Source: an uncultured Candidatus Saccharibacteria bacterium (lineage in GTDB: Bacteria > Patescibacteriota > Saccharimonadia > Saccharimonadales > 2-12-FULL-41-12). From it: 58,598 nt of DNA. Below the pieces are notes generated by a model that worked only from the letters and a program-made list of their open reading frames with translations, was not told the origin of the DNA and did not search any database. The position numbers were made by a program, and so were the translations under genes. Below are positions 21,320 to 32,041 of the stretch, piece by piece (the first letter of the stretch is position 1; each line of letters begins with the position of its first letter). Where the stretch lies: the NCBI GenBank assembly GCA_964615775.1, contig CAZTQB010000001.1, positions 1 through 58,598 of the forward strand. Direction: 5' to 3'.

Positions 21320-23818
21320 ATGAAAATTAGCTTGAATACAATGCGTGAATTGACCGGACTTGAATTGCCCTCGGTAGGTGAATTGACCGAGAAGCTTAAT
21401 CGTCAACTTGGCGGCGTAGAAGAAATTGTAGATTTGGGCAAAAAGTATAAAGACGCAGTCATCGTAAAAATAATTAAATGCGAAAAGCATCCAGGTGCTG
21501 ATAAATTAAGTGTTTGCCAGATTGATGTTGGGCAAGATGAGCTAGTGCAGGTCGTTTGTGGTGCCAAAAATGCTCGAGAGGGTCTATGGACAGTTTGGTT
21601 GCCACCACAATCGATTGTACCTTCAAGCTATAACAATAAAGACCAGTTTGTTTTAGAAATCAGAGAGATTAGGGGTGTGGTGAGTAACGGCATGTTGGCG
21701 GCTGGTGACGAGTTGGCAATAAATAATGATCACGTCGGAATTGTTGAAATTACAGAAAATGACCTAACACATGCCGAAACACTACAAACTGGAGCAAATT
21801 TTGCAGAGGTTTTTGGTTTAAATGATGTAATTATCGAAATCGAAAATAAAATGTTTACACATCGTCCAGATTGTTTTGGGCAAATAGGCGTAGCACGAGA
21901 AATATCAGGAATTTATGGTCAGAAATTTGAGGAAAGCGATTGGTATTGGAAATTCCCAGAATTTAAAGACTCTTCTGGTTTGAACTTAGAAGTATTCAAC
22001 GACTGTCCGGACAAAGCTCCAAGATTTATGGCGGTCACGATGAAAAATGTGAAGGTCCAGCAGAGTCCATTATGGCTCCAAATAACTCTCATGCGTTGGG
22101 GAGGTAAGACAATCAACAATGTTGTGGATTTGACTAACTATATAATGTTGCTCACCGCACAGCCAACTCACGCTTATGACTACGATAAATTACATAACGC
22201 TAAGCTGGGGGTTAGGCTGGCGAAGTCAGGCGAAAAAGCCAAATTATTAAACGATAAAACATACGAATTAGATGAAGAAGATATAGTAATAGTTGACGGC
22301 AAGGAAGTAGTTGGTTTGGCTGGAGTTATGGGCGGGGCAAATAGTGAAGTCTCGGCTGATACTAAAAATATCGTGTTAGAATGTGCCAACTTTGATATGT
22401 ATACAGTTCGCAGATCTAGTATGCGACACGGACTTTTTACCGATGCCCTGACTAGGTTTAACAAAGGTCAGTCTTCTGTGCAGAATGACAGAGTCTTAGC
22501 GGAGCTTATGAGATTATGTACGGAACTATCGGGTGCCGAGCAAGCCAGTAAAGTGTTTGATGAATATGATCAGGGTAAAAAAGAAAATGATCTCAATAAA
22601 TTTTCTAAGGGAATTTTTGTTGACCTAAAATTTATCAACGATAGATTAGGTTTAGATCTGCAAGTTGATGAGTTTTGTGAAATTTTACGCAGGGTTAACT
22701 TTGCTTGTGTAGTCAATGACAAATCTAACAAAATAGAGGTAGCAGCACCTTTCTTTAGGACCGATATTGAGATTCCAGAAGATGTTGTCGAGGAGGTTGG
22801 ACGGCTTTACGGCTTTGATAAATTACCTCAAAATTTACCTAAACGTACCTCTAGTCCTACTACACCGAATCAGATATTTAATGCCAAGCAAGAGATTAGA
22901 GAAATTTTGGCAAAAAGTGGCGGCAATGAAGTTTTGACTTACAGTTTCGTTCACCAAAAATTGATAAAAAATGCCGAACAAGACATATCTCAAGCTTTTA
23001 CGATCTCTAATGCCCTAAGTCCCGATCTTCAATATTATCGATTGACTGTTCTGGCAAGTTTACTAGATAAGGTCCATGCCAACATTAAGGCTGGTCATGA
23101 TGAGTTTATGTTGTTTGAAATAGGTAAAGGACATAATAAAAAGTATCACGCCGCTGACGATAATGGCCTGCCAAGTGAAATGAATTTTGTTGATATGGTG
23201 TATGCCAACAAAAACGAGTCTGATAGCTCACCGTTGTATAAGGCACGGCGTATTATAGACTTTTTAGCAAAAAGCATAGGTGTCGAGGTAGTAGCAAAAC
23301 CAGCGGATATCGGTATGGACTACCCTGTAACTGCTCCATTTGACTTATCTCGCTCGGCAATGGTTTATACAACGGGTGACGAATTTATCGGAATGATAGG
23401 CGAACTAAAAACTAGCGTTATAAGAAATTTCAAATTACCACAAAACGTATCGGCTGCAACTTTAGACTTGGAAAGTTTAGCCAAAGTTATGATTAACAAA
23501 AAATCAAGCTATCAACCGTTAAGCAAATATCCATCAATCTTTCAAGATATTACTCTAGAAGTTGATGAAAAGATGACGTACGAGGAGCTGCGAACAGAGC
23601 TTAAAAAAGCACTAGAATCTATAGTTTCACAAAGGGACATGTCGTATAAGCTTGACCTAATCGATATATACGCGGGCCAAAACACAATCAATAAAAAACG
23701 TTTAACTTTTAGACTAATTTTTGTAAGCAGTGAGCGAACCTTGACAGTAGAGCATGTCAATCAAATTATGCTACAGATTGCCGAAGAATTAAGCAAATTT
23801 AACATAAAAAGGGTATGA
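21320..23818 (+). CDS. pheT: Phenylalanyl-tRNA synthetase beta subunit
   Basis: HPGADKL, VVCGA.N, RPDC, R.DI...ED..EE and C-terminal FDX-ACB domain. Confidence 0.96.
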   Translation: MKISLNTMRELTGLELPSVGELTEKLNRQLGGVEEIVDLGKKYKDAVIVKIIKCEKHPGADKLSVCQIDVGQDELVQVVCGAKNAREGLWTVWLPPQSIVPSSYNNKDQFVLEIREIRGVVSNGMLAAGDELAINNDHVGIVEITENDLTHAETLQTGANFAEVFGLNDVIIEIENKMFTHRPDCFGQIGVAREISGIYGQKFEESDWYWKFPEFKDSSGLNLEVFNDCPDKAPRFMAVTMKNVKVQQSPLWLQITLMRWGGKTINNVVDLTNYIMLLTAQPTHAYDYDKLHNAKLGVRLAKSGEKAKLLNDKTYELDEEDIVIVDGKEVVGLAGVMGGANSEVSADTKNIVLECANFDMYTVRRSSMRHGLFTDALTRFNKGQSSVQNDRVLAELMRLCTELSGAEQASKVFDEYDQGKKENDLNKFSKGIFVDLKFINDRLGLDLQVDEFCEILRRVNFACVVNDKSNKIEVAAPFFRTDIEIPEDVVEEVGRLYGFDKLPQNLPKRTSSPTTPNQIFNAKQEIREILAKSGGNEVLTYSFVHQKLIKNAEQDISQAFTISNALSPDLQYYRLTVLASLLDKVHANIKAGHDEFMLFEIGKGHNKKYHAADDNGLPSEMNFVDMVYANKNESDSSPLYKARRIIDFLAKSIGVEVVAKPADIGMDYPVTAPFDLSRSAMVYTTGDEFIGMIGELKTSVIRNFKLPQNVSAATLDLESLAKVMINKKSSYQPLSKYPSIFQDITLEVDEKMTYEELRTELKKALESIVSQRDMSYKLDLIDIYAGQNTINKKRLTFRLIFVSSERTLTVEHVNQIMLQIAEELSKFNIKRV

Positions 23819-25554
23819 AAAAACTATCTAAGCTTTATTTTTCATTTTTAGGGCTAGTGTTATTTGCAATGTTTTGGTTACCGGCTTTTGCCAATGCATC
23901 GACTCAAGATTTTGTGATAGAAAATTTTGATGGTCAGTATACTTTAGATAGTTCTGTCCCAGGTGGCAAGTTGAGTGTTAAAGAAACAATTGACGTGAAT
24001 TTTTCGGACAATAATCACGGTATTTATAGGGCTTTACCTAAAAAATATAAAGGTAACGATACTAAGCTGAAGATTATTGCCGTAATACGTGATGGGGCCA
24101 ATGAAAAGTACGAGACAAGTACTCAGAATGATAATTTAGTCTTAAAAATTGGTGAAGCCTCAAGCACTATTACCGGAAAACATGAGTATAAGATTGTTTA
24201 TGAACAGATTAGGGTGGTTAATTTTGATGCCGAGAAGCCTGAATTCTATTGGGATATTAATGGCGATCAATGGCAGCAATCGTTTACACACACGACTGCT
24301 AGCGTAAGTGTAAGGGATGGTAGCTTTAAATCGGATTCTGCTCCATATTTAATATGTTATACCGGCTCTATAGGTTCAAAATTAAGCCAATGCTCTTCTG
24401 AAATACAGAATGGACGGGCAAACTTTGCTACTTTGTTACCTTTAAGTGCAAATCAAACTTTGACTGTTGGTGTGCCATTGATCGAGTTTGGCTTTAGCCC
24501 ACCGCAACTTTCAACTATCGAAAAGTTAAAGCAAAACAAACTCTTTATGATCTTTTACTATGCTTGGCCATCTCTGTTCATAGGTGTGCTGTTGTTTATT
24601 CGTTGGTTAAAATTTGGCAAAGATTATAAAGATAGCGGTGTGATTGTACCAGAATTTCAACCGCCTGGAGACTTAACTCCGGCCGAAGTTGGGATGTTGG
24701 CCGATTATAATGTAGATAGTCGGGACCTATCTGCTACTATAATTGATCTTGCTGTACGAGGCTATATTCGGATTCACGAAGACGAGAAGCACTTTTTATT
24801 TTTTAAGTGGCGTAAATATTCGCTAGAACTTCTAAAAGACAATTTTTCTGACCTAAAGCCATTTGAAAAGGAGTTTTTAGAGTTGTTATTCAGCGAAATT
24901 AAGGTTGGAAATGTATTAAAAATGAGTGACCTATCTAAAGATTATTCGCTTGCTACTAAGATTAATTCCATCAAAAAAGCAATAAAAAATTCATTAGTTG
25001 ATAAGTATCAGCTAGTTGAGACTAACAACTATCAGCCATTCATGTATGAGATTGTTGTGGTTGTTGTGATTATTGTTGGTTTGGTTGTCGCTCATGATAC
25101 AGCTTTGCTTGCCAACGCCTTCCCAATTGCTTTTTTATTTGTAATAGCGTTTAAGTTTATGCCACGTCGCTCACATGCTGGCGTGGAAACCTACGAAAAA
25201 ATCATGGGTCTTAAGATGTATATGAATTTAGTCGAGAAAGATCGCTTTAAGATGACGCAAAGCGTCGATAGGCCATATGCGGAGCCGACTAAAACTCCAG
25301 AGTTGTTTGAGAAACTATTGCCGTATGCAGTAGCATTGAAGGTAGAGAAAACTTGGGCTAAGCAGTTTGACGGAGTTCTAAATACTCAGCCAGATTGGGT
25401 TGCGACCAATGCTGTGGCGTTTTCAAGTATTAATCTTGCTTCGAGTATTGGTGGGGTTACTAGTAGTTTTGCTTCGAGTTTTTCATCTAGCTCTGGTGCT
25501 AGCGGTGGTTCAGCCGGCGGCGGTGGTGGCGGCGGTGGAGGTGGAGGCTGGTAA
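23815..25554 (+). CDS. DUF2207-domain membrane protein
   Basis: HGIYR, YWDI.G..W, LLPYAVAL and Gly-rich C-terminus ending in W. Confidence 0.9.
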   Translation: MKKLSKLYFSFLGLVLFAMFWLPAFANASTQDFVIENFDGQYTLDSSVPGGKLSVKETIDVNFSDNNHGIYRALPKKYKGNDTKLKIIAVIRDGANEKYETSTQNDNLVLKIGEASSTITGKHEYKIVYEQIRVVNFDAEKPEFYWDINGDQWQQSFTHTTASVSVRDGSFKSDSAPYLICYTGSIGSKLSQCSSEIQNGRANFATLLPLSANQTLTVGVPLIEFGFSPPQLSTIEKLKQNKLFMIFYYAWPSLFIGVLLFIRWLKFGKDYKDSGVIVPEFQPPGDLTPAEVGMLADYNVDSRDLSATIIDLAVRGYIRIHEDEKHFLFFKWRKYSLELLKDNFSDLKPFEKEFLELLFSEIKVGNVLKMSDLSKDYSLATKINSIKKAIKNSLVDKYQLVETNNYQPFMYEIVVVVVIIVGLVVAHDTALLANAFPIAFLFVIAFKFMPRRSHAGVETYEKIMGLKMYMNLVEKDRFKMTQSVDRPYAEPTKTPELFEKLLPYAVALKVEKTWAKQFDGVLNTQPDWVATNAVAFSSINLASSIGGVTSSFASSFSSSSGASGGSAGGGGGGGGGGGW

Positions 25555-25598
25555 AGCCTTCCGGATTGTCTTAAAGTGATTATGGTATAGTATTTGCC

Positions 25599-26045
25599 AT
25601 GGATGCAGCTCGAGCGATAGTTATTAATAATGGCAAGTATTTGGTTATGGAACGTAACAAATACGGTAAAAAATACCTTACGCTCGTCGGTGGGAGACTT
25701 GAAGTTGGTGAAACGCCACAGAAGGCTGTCATACGAGAAGTGTTTGAGGAAACAGGCCTAGTTGTTATAAGTCCGCGGTTAGTTTTTGTTGAGGCACCAT
25801 TAGAGAATTACGGTAAACAGTACATTTATTTATGTGAATATACTAGTGGTGAGCCTTTATTACCAGAGAATTCAGAAGAATTTGCGGCAGCTAAGTCGGG
25901 CGAGGATACTTATTTGCCCAGGTGGGCTGAGCTTACTGAGCTTAGGCAGAATTTTATACCATTTATGAGCGAGAAACTGCGAACCGAATTGCTTAATTGC
26001 TACCCTGATAACTTCCCATCTGAACCTATAACTTGGCAATCCTAA
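25599..26045 (+). CDS. NUDIX hydrolase
   Basis: Nudix box GG.LE.GET...A..RE..EETG. Confidence 0.9.
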   Translation: MDAARAIVINNGKYLVMERNKYGKKYLTLVGGRLEVGETPQKAVIREVFEETGLVVISPRLVFVEAPLENYGKQYIYLCEYTSGEPLLPENSEEFAAAKSGEDTYLPRWAELTELRQNFIPFMSEKLRTELLNCYPDNFPSEPITWQS

Positions 26046-26165
26046 ATAACGTCGTAGATATTTTATTTGTTGCAGCTATTACATTATTTTTAGCTCGACA
26101 GTCAGCCGTATTTGAAGTAGAATATGTTTATCTATATCTAACTAAAAGGGAGTTATTTATTAAAC

Positions 26166-26729
26166 GTGAAAGAAAATAGCCAACGTATTTTTATTTTAGT
26201 AATTGTAGCTTTGTTCTTGGTATCGACATTTGCTTTTACCGGCTTTGTTTTGTATGACCACTTCAAAAACAAGGACAAAACCGCTGACAGCACAAGTGAT
26301 ATTCAAAAGCAGCTACAAGACCAAGTAAATAAGCAAACCAATAATCAAAAGGAGGGAAAATTGCAAGGAACACAACTAGCAGATTTTACACCAATACCAA
26401 AAGTAGATTCGTTACAGAAGATTGACACTGTTGTCGGTACGGGCGATGAAGTGAAGCCGGGTGATACAGTTACGGCTCATTATACTGGAGCAATTGCTTC
26501 CACTGGCAAGATTTTTCAAAGTTCACATGACAGTGGCAATCCAGTTCCATTTGGACTAGACCAGGTTATTAAGGGTTGGACAGAAGGTGTGCCTGGAATG
26601 AAAGTTGGCGGCAAACGACGTCTTATTATACCTGCCGCACAAGCTTATGGACCTCAATCGCCATCACCTGACATTCCGGCAAATTCTGATTTAGTTTTTG
26701 ATATTGAACTTGTTAAAATCGGTCAATAA
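26166..26729 (+). CDS. FKBP-type peptidyl-prolyl isomerase with TM anchor
   Basis: HYTG, VI.GW.EG..GM.VGGKR.L.IP...AYG and LVFDIEL. Confidence 0.93.
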   Translation: MKENSQRIFILVIVALFLVSTFAFTGFVLYDHFKNKDKTADSTSDIQKQLQDQVNKQTNNQKEGKLQGTQLADFTPIPKVDSLQKIDTVVGTGDEVKPGDTVTAHYTGAIASTGKIFQSSHDSGNPVPFGLDQVIKGWTEGVPGMKVGGKRRLIIPAAQAYGPQSPSPDIPANSDLVFDIELVKIGQ

Positions 26730-26835
26730 TTGATAAAAACACAACATATAGCGTATTGAAATAAGCACAAGCACTATATATAATAAATAACAGTAAACAA
26801 GCTTACTAAATAAAAGATAATAAAAAGGAAAGATT

Positions 26836-27084
26836 ATGGCAAAAGATATAACAATTTTTACAACTAACACCTGTGCGTACTGTGGTATGGTCAAAAAGTG
26901 GCTTTCGGCTAAAGGTCATAATTATGAGGAAGTTAACCTCGATGATGATCCAGCTCGTCAACAAGAAGCTTTCGAGCTAAGTGGCACTCTAACTGTGCCT
27001 GTGACAGTAGTAACTAAAGAAGATGATTCACGCGAAGTTGTAGTTGGATATAACTTGGCCAAGCTGGCTCCTGCAGTTTCTTAA
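26836..27084 (+). CDS. Glutaredoxin-like (NrdH-type) protein
   Basis: CAYC and TVP motifs. Confidence 0.88.
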   Translation: MAKDITIFTTNTCAYCGMVKKWLSAKGHNYEEVNLDDDPARQQEAFELSGTLTVPVTVVTKEDDSREVVVGYNLAKLAPAVS

Positions 27085-27120
27085 TCCTTAATAAAAGCAT
27101 CTATTAAAGAGAGGTAAATT

Positions 27121-28341
27121 TTGAGTGAAGTGATTTTATATGGTGCAGATTGGTGTCCAGGCTGTCGAGCCTTAAAGGAGAAGCTTGATATACGTGGGAT
27201 AAGTTATGAGTATAAAAATGTTGACGACCCAGAAACTGGCAAAGAACACGAAACTTTAGTCAGCATAGATGTTCCGGCAGGCAAAAAAGGCATACCAACA
27301 TTAAAAATTGGCGACAAAGTACAAGTTTATCCAGATGAGCAGTGGCTTATCCAAAATCTTGAAGGTTATGCTAATAACACTGATGTGGCAGCAAAAAATA
27401 CTTTAGATGGGTCTAATGAAGTATTGGATGTGTTGATGATTGGGGCTGGTCCTGCTAGTTTAACGGCAGCGATTTATACTACCCGCGAAGATTTAAATAC
27501 CGTGCTTTATGAAAAAGGTGTTGTTGGCGGTTTGGCGTCAATTACAGATTGGGTAGACAACTATCCTGGCTTTCCTGACGGTATTTCGGGCATGGAATTA
27601 GGCGAGAATCTGCGTAAGCAAGCCGAGCGATTTGGGGCAAAGATTGAACTCGGTGAAGTACTGGCTATTTCTAAAGAAGATAAGATGATTAAAGTCTCTA
27701 CAACCGACGGTGACAGATATGCAAAAACTGTTTTGATTGCTACAGGTAGTGACTATAAACGACTTGGAGTTACTGGCGAAGATGAATATTATGCTCGCGG
27801 GGTACATTTTTGTGCAACCTGTGATGGAGCATTTTATCGAGATAAAAGGTTGGTAGTGGTTGGCGGTGGTAATTCGGCAGTACAAGAGGCAATATTTTTG
27901 ACCAAATTTGCTAACCATATAGACCTATTGGTGCGTAGCGATAAAATGCGAGCTAGCGAAGTGTTGCAAGAAGATCTCAAAAAATACTCAGACGTAATCA
28001 CGGTACATTATAGCTCGTCTACCGATGAAATCGTCGGTGATGGCAAAAAAGTAACAGGTGTAAAAAGCACAACAAATGGTGAACAGAGAACAATTGAAAC
28101 TGACGGAGTTTTTGTGTTTATTGGTTTGCTGCCAAATACTAAATTCTTGGGTACTTCAGGTGTTGAGCTAGATGAGATTGGATTAATTAAAACCAACTTA
28201 AATCTTGAAACTTCAGTATCCGGCGTCTTTGCCGCTGGTGATGTTCGCAGTGGAGCAACTATGCAAATTGCCTCTGCTGTCGGTGAAGGTTCAACCGCAG
28301 CACTTAGGATCCGAGAGTATCTCGACGAACACTTTAAATAA
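27121..28341 (+). CDS. trxB: Thioredoxin reductase with fused N-terminal glutaredoxin domain
   Basis: N-terminal WCPGC...GIPT; GAGPA, CATCDG, GGGNSA and GVFAAGD; TTG start. Confidence 0.9.
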   Translation: MSEVILYGADWCPGCRALKEKLDIRGISYEYKNVDDPETGKEHETLVSIDVPAGKKGIPTLKIGDKVQVYPDEQWLIQNLEGYANNTDVAAKNTLDGSNEVLDVLMIGAGPASLTAAIYTTREDLNTVLYEKGVVGGLASITDWVDNYPGFPDGISGMELGENLRKQAERFGAKIELGEVLAISKEDKMIKVSTTDGDRYAKTVLIATGSDYKRLGVTGEDEYYARGVHFCATCDGAFYRDKRLVVVGGGNSAVQEAIFLTKFANHIDLLVRSDKMRASEVLQEDLKKYSDVITVHYSSSTDEIVGDGKKVTGVKSTTNGEQRTIETDGVFVFIGLLPNTKFLGTSGVELDEIGLIKTNLNLETSVSGVFAAGDVRSGATMQIASAVGEGSTAALRIREYLDEHFK

Positions 28342-28438
28342 ATTTTTAATTTGTATTTAGTACCTAAATAGATATGAAGGTATTTAATTTTGCAACATTA
28401 TATTGCAGAAAATATCTCTCTATCAATAATTAACAAAT

Positions 28439-29119
28439 TTATTTAAAACTTTTTAATCTTTTTGGCGAATCGCCACATAAGTAGTCTACTTTATATTTTT
28501 TAGCAAAAACATGGTATGTTTCTTGTCTATTTATAGAATATATATAAATTTGCATACCTAGTTTTCTAGATAGATAAATGGTGATAGGAAAAAACCTAAT
28601 ATACTGCCGAAAGCCGATAACAGAAGCTCCGGCAAATTTTGCAAGCAAAAAGCCATATCCCCAGTTTTTACGACTTGGTAGAAACAAAATTGGGTATTTG
28701 CCACCGGATTTTTTATACTGATTTAAGTTAGAAAGATTAAACGATAACACCGACAACACATTGGCTTGGTAGCTTTCAGTAATTTTGTCGAGTTTTTCAA
28801 TAACACCGCCTGACTTTATCTCTAAAAAACAAGGGAAACCTTTAATAAAATCAAGCATTTCCTCCAGAGTAATTATTGGGTTTGGGTGCCTTTCGGTGGC
28901 TTCTCTTAAGTCCTTAAGCGTTGATTGATTAATTATTAATTTAGAGTCATAAATTCGTTGCAGTGTTTCGTCGTGGTGAAGTACGATAAAGCCGTCTTTG
29001 GTCAACCTAAGGTCAACCTCAATCGCATCAAGTTTATTTTCTATTGCACACTTGATTGCTGAAATGGTATTTTCGGTAGCGTGTTCTTCGCAGCAGCCAC
29101 GATGTCCAACTAAAATCAT
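28439..29119 (-). CDS. Glycerophosphodiester phosphodiesterase family
   Basis: GHRG, ENT, IE.DLR.TKDG..V..HD and EIK. Confidence 0.9.
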   Translation of the reverse strand: MILVGHRGCCEEHATENTISAIKCAIENKLDAIEVDLRLTKDGFIVLHHDETLQRIYDSKLIINQSTLKDLREATERHPNPIITLEEMLDFIKGFPCFLEIKSGGVIEKLDKITESYQANVLSVLSFNLSNLNQYKKSGGKYPILFLPSRKNWGYGFLLAKFAGASVIGFRQYIRFFPITIYLSRKLGMQIYIYSINRQETYHVFAKKYKVDYLCGDSPKRLKSFK

Positions 29120-29123
29120 AGAC

Positions 29124-29774
29124 CTATATTTTACTATATCCACTAAAGAAATCAGTAAAAATATGATTGCTTTTTACTCCATAGCTTATAAAGTCTCTTG
29201 TTAGCTGTTCGGCCATATTTTCTGGTCCAGCTATGTAAATGTAGTGAAGAGTAGTCGGTGCTAAAATATTAAAAATTTCTTTCGACGAAATACGTGAAGG
29301 TTTTTTGATAAACTTATTTCCAAGTTTGTTAAGCGTCGGAGAGGGCATAAAAGCATCTTTTTTAGCAAAATATAAAAGTGTTATGTCTCGGTTTTCATTT
29401 AGCTCTGACTGGTTTTTTAAAATACTCAGGAAAGGAGTAATACCAATACCGCCAGCGATAAAAGACAGAGGTATGTTACTTTTTTTTGGCAAAACAAAAT
29501 CACCCATAGGCATAGAGACATCAACGTTATCATTCTTTTTTAGAGCAAGCAACGCTTGCTTAAAAGCTGTACTTTTGGGCTGAATAACCGTAGTAATAGA
29601 TAAGTATTTTTCGTTTGGTGAGCTAGAGATTGTAAACCATCGCTTGTTGTAGTTTTTTAGAGTCGGTAGAGTTAGTTCAATAAACTGTCCTGCAATAAAA
29701 TTAAATGGTTTTTCAAAATAAAAAGTAAAAATATTACTAGAATTTTTTTCTGACTTTATAAATTTTGACCTCAT
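29124..29774 (-). CDS. FAD/NAD(P)-binding oxidoreductase (FNR-like)
   Basis: R.FTISS, IAGGIGITPF and Y.AGP. Confidence 0.88.
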   Translation of the reverse strand: MRSKFIKSEKNSSNIFTFYFEKPFNFIAGQFIELTLPTLKNYNKRWFTISSSPNEKYLSITTVIQPKSTAFKQALLALKKNDNVDVSMPMGDFVLPKKSNIPLSFIAGGIGITPFLSILKNQSELNENRDITLLYFAKKDAFMPSPTLNKLGNKFIKKPSRISSKEIFNILAPTTLHYIYIAGPENMAEQLTRDFISYGVKSNHIFTDFFSGYSKI

Positions 29775-29959
29775 GCTAATTCTTTAAATTAATTATAACA
29801 AAAATCATTTAAGTAAGTTTTCTACTCTTGATAAAAATTTTTCAATAAATTGAATTTATGCAAAAAAGAAAAATATAAAATGTATTAAGCCAGTGACTAT
29901 TAGTTGATTGTTGATAATTTTTGACTGTATAATGTTAAAGAATAAATAAGGAGAATTTA

Positions 29960-30487
29960 GTGGCAGATTTTAATAAAATTTTAAATGCAGGTGATGTAGA
30001 TAACGGTGTAATTAATGTAGTTGTCGAAATTCCTAAATGGTCAACTTTAAAAATTGAATGGAACCGTGACTTGGCTTGTTTTCAGCTGGACCGCGTAGAG
30101 CCAAGTATTTTCCCTAAGCCAGTAAATTATGGCTTTATCCCTCAGACATTAGACGAAGACGGTGATGAATTAGATGCATTAATTATGACCAATGAGCCAA
30201 TTCCAACTGGTGTTTATTTGCAGGCAAGAGTTTTGGGCGTTATGCGGTTTGAAGATGACGGTGAAGTTGACGATAAGATAATTGTGGTGCCAGCCGATGA
30301 TCGTAATTTTGATACCCCGAAAACGCTTGATGATGTACATCAGCAGTGGAAACAGAAAATTGAACATCACTTTAATCACTATAAAGACCTTAAAAAGCCA
30401 GGTTCTACAAAAGTACTAGCTTGGGAAGATGGCGAAAAAGCCAAGGTAATTATTAGGGAGTGTGAACGGCGTTGGGCTGAAAAATAA
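29960..30487 (+). CDS. ppa: Inorganic pyrophosphatase
   Basis: NYGFIPQT..EDGDELD and D.GE.D.K; GTG start with AAGGAG. Confidence 0.95.
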   Translation: MADFNKILNAGDVDNGVINVVVEIPKWSTLKIEWNRDLACFQLDRVEPSIFPKPVNYGFIPQTLDEDGDELDALIMTNEPIPTGVYLQARVLGVMRFEDDGEVDDKIIVVPADDRNFDTPKTLDDVHQQWKQKIEHHFNHYKDLKKPGSTKVLAWEDGEKAKVIIRECERRWAEK

Positions 30488-30567
30488 TAAGTAGGATTTC
30501 ACTTGAAAAAACCATAACTCCTGCTGTATGCTAAAATAAACATAAGTATAATTTCATAGGAGTAAAA

Positions 30568-31578
30568 ATGAGAACAAGGGTGGCAATAAACGGATTCGGT
30601 CGGATTGGACGAATTGCCTTTAGGATTGCGTCGAGCAGAAAAGATATAGAGGTGGTGGGTATCAATGACCTTACCGATACTCGAACTTTGTCGCACTTGC
30701 TTAAATATGACAGTAATTATGGTGCTTTTGACGCCGAAGTTGGCTTTGATGAAAAAAATATTATTGTAAGTGGCCAAAAGATTCCGATTTTTGCCGAGAA
30801 AGACCCTAGCTTATTGCCTTGGAAAGACCTAGATGTTGATGTTGTGATAGAGTCGACTGGTAGGTTTACCGATTTTGAAGGTTCGTCTCAACATCTAAAA
30901 GCCGGAGCTAAGAAAGTAGTTATCAGTGGACCAAGCAAAAGTCCAGAAGTAAAGACTATCGTAATTGGAGCTAACGAAGACGAGCTAAAGAATGCTGGCG
31001 ATGTCATTAGTAATGCTAGCTGTACGACTAACTCGGTAGCCGCTGTAATGGATATAATGGACCGGACTTTTGGGGTTGAGAAAGCTATGCTGACTACTGT
31101 TCATAGCTACACGGCAACTCAGGTTTTGCAAGATGGCCCAAGTAAAGATTTGCGTGAGGCACGTGGAGCTGCTCAAAATATTGTACCAACTACAACAGGT
31201 GCGGCAATTGCTGTAGCTTTGACCGTTCCAAGTGTAAAGGGTAAATTTGATGGTTTAAGTATACGCGTACCGACTCCTGTTGTGTCACTAAGCGACTTAA
31301 CTTATGTATTGAAAAGTGATGTAACCAAAGAAGTAGTCAACGAGACTTTGCAAAAAGCCTGCAAAGATCCATATTATCAGGGTATATTGGAGTATTCGGA
31401 ATTGCCACTTGTAAGTAAAGACTATATTGGTAATAGCCACTCAGGCATAATTGACTCGCTACTAACTAACGTGGTTGGTGGGAATATGGTAAAAGTAGTT
31501 GTGTGGTATGACAATGAGTGGGGATATTCCAACCGTTTGGTTGAGCTTGTGGCTGATGTCGGCAAGCTAACTAAGTAG
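30568..31578 (+). CDS. gap: Glyceraldehyde-3-phosphate dehydrogenase
   Basis: NGFGRIGR, SNASCTTN and WYDNEWGYS. Confidence 0.97.
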   Translation: MRTRVAINGFGRIGRIAFRIASSRKDIEVVGINDLTDTRTLSHLLKYDSNYGAFDAEVGFDEKNIIVSGQKIPIFAEKDPSLLPWKDLDVDVVIESTGRFTDFEGSSQHLKAGAKKVVISGPSKSPEVKTIVIGANEDELKNAGDVISNASCTTNSVAAVMDIMDRTFGVEKAMLTTVHSYTATQVLQDGPSKDLREARGAAQNIVPTTTGAAIAVALTVPSVKGKFDGLSIRVPTPVVSLSDLTYVLKSDVTKEVVNETLQKACKDPYYQGILEYSELPLVSKDYIGNSHSGIIDSLLTNVVGGNMVKVVVWYDNEWGYSNRLVELVADVGKLTK

Positions 31579-31597
31579 AGACTAAAAGGTAAAAGCA

Positions 31598-32041
31598 ATG
31601 AAGATTTATATTGGTGCAGATCACAACGGATTTGGTTTAAAAAAACGACTTTTTGATTACCTGAAACGAGCTGGGTATAGCGTAGAGGATGTTGGTGATG
31701 ATTGTTTTGATCCTGATGACGATTTTCCGGTTTATTCGGCTAGAGTTGCTACATCTGTTCTAGGCTCTGAAGATCCTGAGCCACGTGGAATATTGCTTTG
31801 TGGCAGTGGCCAAGGTGTCTGTATGGCTGTGAATCGCTTCAAAGGGATTCGTGGGAGCTTGTGTTGGGATCAAAACTCTGCACGTGAGGCTCGTAATGAC
31901 GACGACGCTAATGTGCTTTGTTTGCCAGCTAAATATATAAAGAGTGACCAAGCAGACATAATAATTGAAACTTGGCTTAATACTAAATTTGCTGCTGCAC
32001 CAAGATTTATTCGTCGCATAAAAGAAATGGATAATCTTTGA
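31598..32041 (+). CDS. rpiB: Ribose-5-phosphate isomerase B
   Basis: GADHNG, CGSGQG and AR.DDDANVL. Confidence 0.93.
   Translation: MKIYIGADHNGFGLKKRLFDYLKRAGYSVEDVGDDCFDPDDDFPVYSARVATSVLGSEDPEPRGILLCGSGQGVCMAVNRFKGIRGSLCWDQNSAREARNDDDANVLCLPAKYIKSDQADIIIETWLNTKFAAAPRFIRRIKEMDNL

Noticed and set aside
25495-25551. GGC/GGT-rich tandem run
   Set aside because: Encodes the normal Gly-rich C-terminus of DUF2207 proteins.
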